A stretch of 64,000 nt of DNA from Flavobacteriaceae bacterium (GTDB lineage: Bacteria; Bacteroidota; Bacteroidia; Flavobacteriales; Flavobacteriaceae): the NCBI GenBank assembly GCA_016744415.1, contig JADGEL010000001.1:963855-1027854 (forward strand). The letters are read 5' to 3'. This document shows, piece after piece, positions 1 to 9,083 of this stretch. The notes below the pieces were generated by a model. The model was not told the DNA's origin. It was given only the letters and a program-made list of their open reading frames with translations, and searched no databases. The position numbers were made by a program, and so were the translations under genes. Positions within the stretch are counted from its first letter, which is position 1. Each line of letters starts with the position of its first letter.

Positions 1-389
1 TTTGTTAATTGATATTTGATAGCCAAATTGATAGAATCTTTTTGGGTCATTGCATCACGCACTCCATTAATATATTTATCCTTTTCGCTTAACTGATCAA
101 TTACTGTTTTAATGTTATCTGATGATGATTGCGTTAAAACCGTTAAGTTTTCAACCTGAGTTAAAGCATGTTTTTTGTCTTCTTGTAATGAAGTAACTTG
201 ACCTTCTAATGAAGCTAATTGATTAGCATTTCTGTCTTTTTCAATTAAACATTCTTGTAAACCTGCTTTGGTGTCAACCAATTCTTGTTTTGTTGATTTG
301 TAATCATTTTCTAGGTCAGTGTATTGTTTTTGAGACACACACGATGATAAGAAAACCGCTGTTAATCCGAATAGAGCTATTTTTTTCAT
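1..389 (-). CDS. Lipoprotein, N-terminal part only (gene runs off the left edge). The coiled-coil region resembles the N-termini of flavobacterial OmpA/MotB-family lipoproteins.
   Basis: My own translation from ATG (complement of 387-389) gives MKKIALFGLTAVFLSSCVSQKQYTDLENDYKSTKQELVDTKAGLQECLIEKDRNANQLASLEGQVTSLQEDKK... It has a signal peptide plus lipobox LSSC and stays open to position 1. It is absent from the ORF track because it is truncated. The OmpA guess is unverified because the C-terminal domain lies outside the window. Confidence 0.55.
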   Translation of the reverse strand, partial: MKKIALFGLTAVFLSSCVSQKQYTDLENDYKSTKQELVDTKAGLQECLIEKDRNANQLASLEGQVTSLQEDKKHALTQVENLTVLTQSSSDNIKTVIDQLSEKDKYINGVRDAMTQKDSINLAIKYQLT

Positions 390-604
390 TTATGTAAAAT
401 TTTAGATGCACAAAGTTAAAAAAAAACAAGCGCACTACATAAGATATTAGCAGAATATCATTCTTTTAACAAAGAATTAACCGTAATTTTGAGAAGTCCA
501 ATAGTACACCGCATATTATAAACTAGTATGTTCAAAATTTTTATCACCCAATGGAATGATTAATAGCGAACAACAAGTGGACGATTTAAAAAATAAATAT
601 ATAT

Positions 605-1591
605 ATGAAAAAGGCAACCCTTTTTTTATCAATTCTATTTTTGATTTCTTGTTCTGATAATGAAGTAAAACACCAAAAAATAAGTGGCAATGCTTTTGGA
701 ACTACGTATAATATTATTTATCAAGACTTTGACAATAGCAACTTTGAAAAACAAATTGATAGTTTGATTTATGTTGTTAATAAATCAATGTCAACCTATA
801 TGACAAATTCTGATATCTCAAAAATAAACCAAGGAGACACAACCATTAAAATCGACAATCACTTTAAAGAAGTGTTTTTTAAATCTCAGAGAATATTTAA
901 AGAAACTGACGGCTATTTTGATCCAACAGTTGGGGTATTAGTCAATGCTTGGGGCTTTGGCCCAGGTAATGCAATCGCAAATTTGGATGATGAAAAAATT
1001 GATTCACTTAAGCAATTTGTTGGGTTTGAAAAGGTGCAAATAGTAGATGGTAAAATTAAAAAAGAGCATCCAGCAATCTATTTTGATTTTAACGCCATAG
1101 CAAAAGGATATGGAATTGATGAGATTGGTCGTTACTTAGAAAGTCGAAATTGTAGTAATTATTTGATTGAACTGGGTGGAGAAATAAGAGCAAGAGGTGT
1201 GAATGATATTGGAGAGTTTTGGAATGTTGCAATAGAAGATCCAAATACGGATGGGACAAGGAGTTTTTCTGAAATTGTAAGTTTAGAGAATAAGGTCATG
1301 GCATCTTCTGGCAATTATAGAAAGTTTATAGTTGATGAAGAAGGAAATAAATTTGTGCACACTATTAACGCAAAAACTGGATATGCCACAGAAAGTAATT
1401 TATTAGCAGCAACCGTAATTTCTGATTTAGATTGTGCTGATGTTGATGGTTATGCAACTGCATTTATGGCTATGGGTTTAGAAAAGGTGAAATTATTTTT
1501 AAAAACACATCCAGAACTCAAAGTGTTTATCATTTTTGAAAATGATAAGAATGAATTTGAAACCTTAGCTTTAAACGGATTTCCAGAATAA
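605..1591 (+). CDS. apbE: FAD:protein FMN transferase (ApbE family) lipoprotein
   Basis: Signal peptide with lipobox (LISC). GNAFGTTYNIIY and DPTVGVLVNAWGFGP motifs and an overall length of 328 aa are typical of ApbE. Confidence 0.85.
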   Translation: MKKATLFLSILFLISCSDNEVKHQKISGNAFGTTYNIIYQDFDNSNFEKQIDSLIYVVNKSMSTYMTNSDISKINQGDTTIKIDNHFKEVFFKSQRIFKETDGYFDPTVGVLVNAWGFGPGNAIANLDDEKIDSLKQFVGFEKVQIVDGKIKKEHPAIYFDFNAIAKGYGIDEIGRYLESRNCSNYLIELGGEIRARGVNDIGEFWNVAIEDPNTDGTRSFSEIVSLENKVMASSGNYRKFIVDEEGNKFVHTINAKTGYATESNLLAATVISDLDCADVDGYATAFMAMGLEKVKLFLKTHPELKVFIIFENDKNEFETLALNGFPE

Positions 1592-1682
1592 TTTTGCTTT
1601 AGCAATTCAAATCCAACTTTAAGAAGTTTACCATCTTAATTTAATTCTATTTTATAATATTTGTAGTTACAGTTAATTATAT

Positions 1683-3656
1683 ATGAAAACCCAAATTTTA
1701 CTTTTATTACTTTTAATAAGCTCACAGCTAAGTTTTTCTCAACAAAAAGAGATTGATAGTATAAATGACATGTTCTCTCAAATTAAAAATGATAGTTTGT
1801 ATAATTTAAAGTTAGAGAAAACAATTGAATGGTATAGATATAGAGACCCAAAAATAAATTTATACTTTATTAAAAAGGCATTAAGGAAAAGTACAAACGA
1901 TAAAGATGAAATTAAGTATGCTTATTGGACTCGAGAATTGGCCTTTTATCATGAAGCTAGAGGCGACTCAGATTCAACATACTACTATTTAAACAAATCA
2001 TTATCGATTTATAAGGCTAATAATGAAGACTATTATGCACATTTTGTAAAAAGTAGTTTAGCTCAATATTGGCAAGATTTAGGTGAGTATACAAAGTCTA
2101 TTAAGTATTATAATGAAGTTATTTCTTTTTTTGAAAAACAAGGCGAAAAAGAAGCGTCGAAAGTTATACTTACAAAAATGAATTTGACATCGCTTTATGA
2201 TGACATGGAGCAATTAGAGGAAGGATTAAAAATAAACCTTGCTTTATATGCTCAACTTAAAACAGATTCAAATAAAGAAAGATTTGCACGCCTCTGTACA
2301 AATATCGCAAGTGAATATATGCATTTAGAAAAGCATAAAGAAGGCTTAAAATACGCATTAGAAGTTGAAGGAGTTGAGCAAAACCCAAAAGCAACGGCTA
2401 ATTTATACAGCACAATTGGATCGCTTTATTCAGGTTTAGAAAATTATACTTTTTCAGATAAATATTATAAAAAAGCACTAAAAATATATGAAGAAATAGG
2501 ACTGCTATACAGTATGCAAATCATTTATCATAATATAGGAAATGATTTAATGGTTCTTGGGAAATATAAAGAAGCAGAACCTTATTTGCTTAAAACCAAT
2601 GCGTTTTTTCAAAAAAATGATAGAACAGTACTCGCTGACAGCTATTTTGTGTTATCCGAACTTTATGAAGGAAAAAAAGATTTTAAAAAAGCGTTAAGCT
2701 ATTATAAAAAAAGAGAAGTAATTAGAGATTCTGTAATTGGTATTGAAAAGCAAAAAGCAATAGTAGATATAGAAATAAAATACGAAACAGAAAAAACAAA
2801 ACGAGAAAAGGAAGCTGCAGAACAACAAGTACTAATAGCAAAATTAGAAAGTAATAAAAACAGAAATTTATTTTTAGGGTCTATTGTTATAGCAGGATTA
2901 TTACTTCTAGCATCATTATTTTATTTCGGACGATTAAAAGCCAAAAAGAAAGCCCAATTAATTGCTGTAGAACTTCAAGAAACTCAAAAACGTTTAGCAA
3001 TAGAAAAGCAATATAAAGATTCCGAATTAAAAGCCTTAAAGGCGCAAATGAATCCGCATTTTATATTTAATGCCCTTAATTCTATTCAAGATTATATTGT
3101 ATTAAATCAGAAAAATTTAGCAAGTGATTATTTAGGAAAGTTTGCCGATTTAATTCGTAATTATCTTCATTTTAGCGATACAAGTTTTATTTCTATTCCA
3201 GACGAAGTACACAATTTAAACCTCTACTTAGAATTAGAAAAACTACGTTTTGAAGAAGAGTTAAGTTACAGTATTCAAGTCGATAATAACGCAAATTCCG
3301 AAATGCTAAACATACCAACCATGCTTATTCAGCCTTATGTAGAAAATGCATTAAAACATGGTTTACTTCATAAAAAGGATAATAGAAAGTTGCATATTTC
3401 TGTGTCTAAAGTTTCAGATAAACTTATAGAATGCGTGATTGAAGATAATGGTGTTGGTAGAGAAAAATCTAAAGAAATAAACCAAAAACGAGAAGCACAG
3501 CACAAATCCTTCGCCTTAAAAGCAACAACAGAGCGATTAGATTTATTAAACTACGGCAAGGACAAAAAAATAGGCGTAGAGATAATAGATTTAAAAGACG
3601 ATGATAAAGCAACAGGAACCAAAGTGATTTTAACTATACCAATTCTTAATACATAA
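1683..3656 (+). CDS. Sensor histidine kinase, LytS/YehU type, with an N-terminal TPR-like repeat region and one TM helix
   Basis: MNPHFIFNALNSIQ (His_kinase-type H box) and HATPase motifs (YVENALKHG, EDNGVGRE) are present. TPR-like YY/A-rich repeats lie in aa ~80-340, and the TM helix is LFLGSIVIAGLLLLASLFYF. There is a 2-nt gap to the LytTR regulator. Confidence 0.85.
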   Translation: MKTQILLLLLLISSQLSFSQQKEIDSINDMFSQIKNDSLYNLKLEKTIEWYRYRDPKINLYFIKKALRKSTNDKDEIKYAYWTRELAFYHEARGDSDSTYYYLNKSLSIYKANNEDYYAHFVKSSLAQYWQDLGEYTKSIKYYNEVISFFEKQGEKEASKVILTKMNLTSLYDDMEQLEEGLKINLALYAQLKTDSNKERFARLCTNIASEYMHLEKHKEGLKYALEVEGVEQNPKATANLYSTIGSLYSGLENYTFSDKYYKKALKIYEEIGLLYSMQIIYHNIGNDLMVLGKYKEAEPYLLKTNAFFQKNDRTVLADSYFVLSELYEGKKDFKKALSYYKKREVIRDSVIGIEKQKAIVDIEIKYETEKTKREKEAAEQQVLIAKLESNKNRNLFLGSIVIAGLLLLASLFYFGRLKAKKKAQLIAVELQETQKRLAIEKQYKDSELKALKAQMNPHFIFNALNSIQDYIVLNQKNLASDYLGKFADLIRNYLHFSDTSFISIPDEVHNLNLYLELEKLRFEEELSYSIQVDNNANSEMLNIPTMLIQPYVENALKHGLLHKKDNRKLHISVSKVSDKLIECVIEDNGVGREKSKEINQKREAQHKSFALKATTERLDLLNYGKDKKIGVEIIDLKDDDKATGTKVILTIPILNT

Positions 3657-3658
3657 TT

Positions 3659-4408
3659 ATGAAAGCATTAATCGTAGACGACGAAAAAAAAGCAAGACAA
3701 GTACTGCATGTTTTGGTAGAAGAAAATTGCCCAAAAGTCACAGAAATTTTTGAAGCAAGTGATTTGCTTTCTGGTGTTGAGCTTATAAAAAAAGAAGCAC
3801 CAAGCATTGTGTTTTTAGATATTGAAATGCCAGAACATTCTGGTTTAGAAATATTAAATTTTATAGAAAAAGAAGTTCATAATTTCGAAATTATTTTTAC
3901 TACAGCTTATAGCGAATATGCTATTCAAGCGTTTCAGTTGTCTGCTATAGATTATTTATTAAAACCTGTAAGACCAAGTCAGGTAAAAGAAGCGGTTGAT
4001 AAAGCAATTACCTTTTTAGGCAGCACTCAAATTAATAAACGCCTTTCAGAATTAAAGGAAAGTCTTCAAAATTCTAACTTTAAAAAAATAGGTTTGCCCA
4101 ATGCAGATGGAATTAAGTTTGTGAATTTTAATGATATTATTATGCTTTCAGCCGATGGTATGTACACCAATGTATCTACCATTAATGATGGTGCTATTTT
4201 AGTTAGTAAACCTTTAAAATTCTTTGTAGAAATACTTCAAAATATAAACACCTTCTATCGTCCACATCGTTCACACCTTATTAATCTTTCATACATTAAA
4301 GAATACATCAAAAAAGATGGTGGTTATATTGTAATGGAGAACGATAAAACCGTTTCTATTTCAAACGATAAAAAAGAAGCGTTTCTAACCATAGTTCAAA
4401 ATATCTAA
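3659..4408 (+). CDS. LytTR-family response regulator
   Basis: REC domain (VDDE, FLDIEMP, LLKP) plus a C-terminal LytTR domain (FYRPHRSHLINLSYI). Confidence 0.9.
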   Translation: MKALIVDDEKKARQVLHVLVEENCPKVTEIFEASDLLSGVELIKKEAPSIVFLDIEMPEHSGLEILNFIEKEVHNFEIIFTTAYSEYAIQAFQLSAIDYLLKPVRPSQVKEAVDKAITFLGSTQINKRLSELKESLQNSNFKKIGLPNADGIKFVNFNDIIMLSADGMYTNVSTINDGAILVSKPLKFFVEILQNINTFYRPHRSHLINLSYIKEYIKKDGGYIVMENDKTVSISNDKKEAFLTIVQNI

Positions 4409-4509
4409 AAAATGCTTTAGAAGCTGAAATGCGAGTTTCAGAAATTTCGTCATAAAACCAAGTCGTTTAATAGTGATTTTTGCATCATAATCAATAAACC
4501 AAATTTATT

Positions 4510-7053
4510 ATGAAAACAAAATTACTTTATATGCTACTTTTTATTAGTAGTTACGCATTTGCTCAAAACTGGTCTCAGGTTGGAGCAACACAATTTACAA
4601 ATTTTGCTAGTGATGGCGCAATATCATTTCATCCATCATCTGGTGAGCCTTATGTGGTTCATGACAATTTAGTAGATGGTAGTAAACCATATGTAATGAA
4701 ATTTAATGGCACCAATTGGGTTGCTGTTGGTGGTGTGATTTCATCTGAATTTTCTATAAATCACGCTATTAAATTTAATCCAGTGACTAATGAACCTTGG
4801 ATTGCTTACAGAAGAACTTCTGATAATAAATTGGACGTTTATCGATATGATGGAACGAGTTGGATAGCAGAAGGAATAGCTATAGGAACAGGTAATTTAA
4901 GTGACCATAGAGTGCAAATTCAATTTAATGCTTCTGGTAATGCAAGAGTTGGAGCAAGAGTAACTAATAAAAGATTGCGAATTTTCACTTATAGTTCTAC
5001 AAATACCTGGACAACTTCAGATCAAGTATTACAGCCTACAGGAGGAAATTCAGATCAACGTTACGATTTTACATCTTATAATAGTTTTTATAGAAGTTTA
5101 GAAAATACGTATGCTGGACAATATTCTGGAAACGCTGCTAAAAAGAATGTTGGCGCTGGTGGGAATGTAAATATTTGGAATACACCTTGGTCAAGCGCAT
5201 ATCGATTCAAAAATATTTCTGGTATTGCAGATGAAAATTATTTAGCTGTAAACAATATTCAATCTGGAAATAATCATATTTACATATTTGAAAACCTTAC
5301 AGAAATAAAATATGTAAGTAATATTACGAATGATATTGTACATTTTAGAAAAGATGTTAATAATAACGAATTGTATTTAATGTATGCTAATGCCTCAGAA
5401 AACTTAACTTTCGAAAAATATAATACTATAGATTCTGTATGGGAAACATTACCTTTAGTAGGACTAAACTTAAACAGTGTTTCATTTGATCCAAAAATGA
5501 GTATGAATGCTGTTGATGGAAATATGTATGTTTTGTATTTAGATGGAACAAGACTTTCTGTGAAAATGTATTCTATTCCAGTTCCTACAAATTTACCTAA
5601 ATATTATGTTGATGCCAATGCAACAGGAAATAATGATGGTTCTTCTTGGGCAGATGCTCATACTAATATGCAAGATGCTCTATTTAATGCAGGGAATGCA
5701 ACAACTGAAATTTGGGTAGCATCTGGAATATACAAACCAGGATCAAGTAGAAATAAAACTTTTGAATTTGAAATTGATAACCTACAAATTTATGGAGGTT
5801 TTGATGGTACAGAAACATATTTGTCTGAAAGAAATGTTTTAGCAAACCCAACAATTTTATCAGGTGATTTAAATGCAGATGATACAGGAGTAGATTTAGC
5901 AACTGCATCAAGAAGTGATAATGCTTATCATGTAACTCGTATTACAGCAAATAATGTTGTCTTAGACGGATTTAAAATAGAAGATGGTCATGCAAATGGA
6001 TCTTCATCTAATACTTATGGAGGTGGTCTGTATATCTCAGATACAGCAAATGATGTAGTTATTAAAAACTGTGAGTTTAATAATAATACAGGTTTAACAG
6101 GAGGAGCTGTAAGAGTTTATTATGATACTAACACAAGTGCCACAATAGAGAATTGTATATTTAATAATAATGTTAGTCGTTATGGAGGAGGTTTGTACTT
6201 TTTGGTTAATAATAACAGAACAGTAACTCTTGAAATGACTAACTGTTTATTTATTAATAATACATCTAAAGATCAAAACACGACTAATAAAGGTTATACA
6301 GGAAGTTCTGCTTGGTTAAGAGCTAACGGAACAGCCTCTAGTTTAACTGCAACAATTACTAATTGTACATTTGCTAATAATATGGACCTTGGTACGCAAT
6401 CAGGATCTTTAAGAGGAGCTTTAGCTATAAGTAGACGTGTTGATGGTAATGCGACACTAAATGCTACTATAAATAATAGTGTTTTTTATAATAATGAAGG
6501 AGTTAGCTCAAATACAACAGCTTCTATAAACCAAGGTCATGCCTCTTTACCAAATCTAACATTGGTAAATAATTCAATTGGTGAAGATAACTTTTCAAAT
6601 CTAATCTATTTAACAAATACAAGTAATGCAAACCCAATGTTTACAGATGCATCCAATAATGATTTTACATTAATGTCTGGTTCACCAGCAATAGATACAG
6701 GAGATAACTCTAAAATTCTTTCAGGTATCATCACAGATTTATTAGGTAACCAACGTATTTATAATACTACTGTAGATATGGGAGTTTATGAATTTGGTGC
6801 ACCTTCACTCGGAGTAGAAAATTATCAAGATAAATTAAACTTCATATTATTTCCAAACCCTACTAGAAACACCTTGCATATACAAATAGATATAGCTTTA
6901 GAAAAAGCAGAAATATATAATTTATTAGGTCAAAAAGTGTTAGAAAGCACCACTAAAACAATAGATGTGTCAAATTTAAAAAGTGGAGTTTATATGATAA
7001 AAATAGCGAATAAAAAAGGAGGTTTTATTGCCAAACATTTTGTAAAGCAATAG
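4510..7053 (+). CDS. T9SS-secreted right-handed beta-helix (PbH1-repeat) protein with an N-terminal Trp-containing repeat region
   Basis: Signal peptide. Periodic NC[IEVT]F.NN repeats (NCEFNNN, NCIFNNN, NCLFINN, NCTFANN, NSVFYNN) are present. A YYVDANATGNNDGSSWADA entry motif is common in beta-helix proteins. The C-terminal ~75 aa (FPNPTRNTLHIQ...GVYMIKI...KHFVKQ) matches a Por_Secre_tail-type sorting domain. Confidence 0.75.
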   Translation: MKTKLLYMLLFISSYAFAQNWSQVGATQFTNFASDGAISFHPSSGEPYVVHDNLVDGSKPYVMKFNGTNWVAVGGVISSEFSINHAIKFNPVTNEPWIAYRRTSDNKLDVYRYDGTSWIAEGIAIGTGNLSDHRVQIQFNASGNARVGARVTNKRLRIFTYSSTNTWTTSDQVLQPTGGNSDQRYDFTSYNSFYRSLENTYAGQYSGNAAKKNVGAGGNVNIWNTPWSSAYRFKNISGIADENYLAVNNIQSGNNHIYIFENLTEIKYVSNITNDIVHFRKDVNNNELYLMYANASENLTFEKYNTIDSVWETLPLVGLNLNSVSFDPKMSMNAVDGNMYVLYLDGTRLSVKMYSIPVPTNLPKYYVDANATGNNDGSSWADAHTNMQDALFNAGNATTEIWVASGIYKPGSSRNKTFEFEIDNLQIYGGFDGTETYLSERNVLANPTILSGDLNADDTGVDLATASRSDNAYHVTRITANNVVLDGFKIEDGHANGSSSNTYGGGLYISDTANDVVIKNCEFNNNTGLTGGAVRVYYDTNTSATIENCIFNNNVSRYGGGLYFLVNNNRTVTLEMTNCLFINNTSKDQNTTNKGYTGSSAWLRANGTASSLTATITNCTFANNMDLGTQSGSLRGALAISRRVDGNATLNATINNSVFYNNEGVSSNTTASINQGHASLPNLTLVNNSIGEDNFSNLIYLTNTSNANPMFTDASNNDFTLMSGSPAIDTGDNSKILSGIITDLLGNQRIYNTTVDMGVYEFGAPSLGVENYQDKLNFILFPNPTRNTLHIQIDIALEKAEIYNLLGQKVLESTTKTIDVSNLKSGVYMIKIANKKGGFIAKHFVKQ

Positions 7054-7080
7054 AATGTAGTTTTGTTTTGAGAAAAGAAA

Positions 7081-7110
7081 AGAGAAGTCAATTTTGGCTT
7101 CTCTTTTTTG
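7081..7110. terminator. Bidirectional rho-independent terminator between convergent genes
   Basis: Stem AGAGAAG(7081-7087)/CTTCTCT(7098-7104), extendable by two pairs. A T-run follows on the + strand and an A-rich run precedes it (a T-run for the - strand). Confidence 0.7.
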
Positions 7111-7114
7111 CATT

Positions 7115-7921
7115 TTAGAGGGTTTGCATTGAGTTTGTGAAAATTTGTGAAATTTGTTTCTGTTTATAAACTACAGGAATAATCTCACCTTTTTGTAAAC
7201 AATATTTTTTTATTTCTTCTTCGGATAATGTTGCAGAATAATCTACTTCATTAACCTTAAAACCAATGGTTCTCAATTTGTCAAAATAATCACGACCATA
7301 AATACGAACGTGATCGTATTGTCCAAAAATTTTAGCCCGCTCTTTTTTATTAGTGATGGAATCATCTTCAAAAGTTATTGCTCTATCCAGTTCTTGGGGG
7401 ATTTGAAAAATACCCATTCCACCTTTTTTTAATACACGAAACAATTCTTGCATTGCTTTAGTATCATTAGGTATATGCTCTAGTACATGATTACAAAAAA
7501 TGACATCGTAAGAATTGTCTTTGAAAGGTAAATTACAGATATCAGCTTTTACATCGGCTAAGGGCGAATTTAAATCGGTAGTGGTATAATCCAGATTTTT
7601 CATTTTTCTAAACCGTTTGTAAAATGCTTGCTCAGGTGCAAAATGCAACACTTTTTTTGAGGTAGTAAAAAAATCAGTTTCGTTTTTTAAATACAACCAC
7701 AACAATCGATGCCTTTCTAATGAAAGGGTAGAAGGAGAGAGTACGTTTTCTCGCTGTGTTTCATATCCGTAGGGTAAAAATTTTCTAAAACTTTTTTCGT
7801 CAATTGGGTCAGTGTAATTGTTTCCTTTTAAAGCTAAAGCAATAAAGGGTTTTACAACATAACTCAATTTAATTAAGAGTGGTCTTGGAATTTTATTTAA
7901 AACAATTTTGAATATTCCCAT
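7115..7921 (-). CDS. Class I SAM-dependent methyltransferase (Methyltransf_11-like)
   Basis: VLHFAPE, DVIFCNHVLEHIPND and VLKKGGMGIF motifs fit the Rossmann-type MTase pattern. Confidence 0.8.
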   Translation of the reverse strand: MGIFKIVLNKIPRPLLIKLSYVVKPFIALALKGNNYTDPIDEKSFRKFLPYGYETQRENVLSPSTLSLERHRLLWLYLKNETDFFTTSKKVLHFAPEQAFYKRFRKMKNLDYTTTDLNSPLADVKADICNLPFKDNSYDVIFCNHVLEHIPNDTKAMQELFRVLKKGGMGIFQIPQELDRAITFEDDSITNKKERAKIFGQYDHVRIYGRDYFDKLRTIGFKVNEVDYSATLSEEEIKKYCLQKGEIIPVVYKQKQISQIFTNSMQTL

Positions 7922-7954
7922 TAATTAGGTTGTTGCGTAAAAATTCTCAGAGGA

Positions 7955-8152
7955 TTACCAATTTAAAAACTCATTTAATTTATCTTTTGAAGTGAGTTTC
8001 CAAAAAATTAAAATAACAGCTACAATTCTTATAATAAAACCAATATTGGCTAATTCAAATCCAAATCCCCAATGAAGAATTTTAAATAAAGCTCCAATAA
8101 TAGAAATAAAAAAACCTATAATAAAAAGGCTTAAAAAATGTTTTATTTTCAT
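7955..8152 (-). CDS. Small two-TM membrane protein with a GALFKILHW motif
   Basis: The ORF track gives 7955..8185. I prefer the ATG at 8152 (MKIKHFLSLF...), which removes the overlap with map. Two hydrophobic helices are present. The motif resembles the N-terminal helix of GldL (recalled from memory, not searched). Confidence 0.5.
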   Translation of the reverse strand: MKIKHFLSLFIIGFFISIIGALFKILHWGFGFELANIGFIIRIVAVILIFWKLTSKDKLNEFLNW

Positions 8153-8153
8153 A

Positions 8154-8960
8154 TTAAAGCGATTTAAACTCATCTTCCTCATCACTCACAATTCCCAATG
8201 CGTCATAGATATATTTAAAGGTCGATAAAATTTCTGGTTTTCCATTTACAATAGCAACATCATGTTCAAAATGAGCACTCATTTTTTTATCTTGCGTGGT
8301 AATTGTCCAACCATCGTTGTGTTGTTTTATTTTATGAGTCCCTGCATTTACCATTGGTTCAATAGCAACCACCATTCCTTCTTTAAATTTTTTTCCACGG
8401 CCTCGTTTTCCGTAGTTTGGCATCTCAGGGTCTTCATGCATTTCGCGCCCTAAACCATGACCTACCAACTCACGAACAATTCCATAACCGTGTGCTTCAC
8501 AATAATTTTGAATAGCAAACCCCACATCACCAACTCTATTGCCCGCTTTAAATTTGCGGATACCTTCATACAAACTCTCTTTGGTAATATCCAATAATTT
8601 TTTTGTTTCAGGATCCACTTTCCCAACTTCAAAAGTATAGGCATGATCTCCATAAAAACCATTTTTTAGAGCGCCGCAATCAATAGAAATAATATCGCCT
8701 TCAACCAAAATATCTTTATTTGGAAATCCGTGAACTACTTGTTCATTCGGGCTCATGCAAAGTGTATTTGGAAAATCATACAATCCTAAAAAACCAGGGA
8801 TAGCCCCGTGATCTCTAATAAATTCTTCAGCTAATTTGTCAAGTTGTAAGGTAGTAACCCCAGGTTTTACTTCTTTTGCAAGCATCCCTAATGTTTTAGA
8901 AACAATGAGTGCACTTTCTCGCATTAATTCAATTTCTTCTCTAGTTTTTATAACAATCAT
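8154..8960 (-). CDS. map: Type I methionine aminopeptidase
   Basis: MIVIKTREEIELMRES start, metal-ligand motifs (DIISIDCG, GHGLGREMHEDP, VVAIEP, HFEHDV). The track start at 8990 adds 10 unlikely residues. Confidence 0.95.
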   Translation of the reverse strand: MIVIKTREEIELMRESALIVSKTLGMLAKEVKPGVTTLQLDKLAEEFIRDHGAIPGFLGLYDFPNTLCMSPNEQVVHGFPNKDILVEGDIISIDCGALKNGFYGDHAYTFEVGKVDPETKKLLDITKESLYEGIRKFKAGNRVGDVGFAIQNYCEAHGYGIVRELVGHGLGREMHEDPEMPNYGKRGRGKKFKEGMVVAIEPMVNAGTHKIKQHNDGWTITTQDKKMSAHFEHDVAIVNGKPEILSTFKYIYDALGIVSDEEDEFKSL

Positions 8961-9083
8961 ATTCATAAATATAATGGCAAAGATACTCAAAAATTACAAG
9001 CTAATTATTTTCTTATTACATGATATTTAGCAGTTTTTTATAACTTTATAATCAATAATTTTGTATCAATAAAATTGTAAGAA

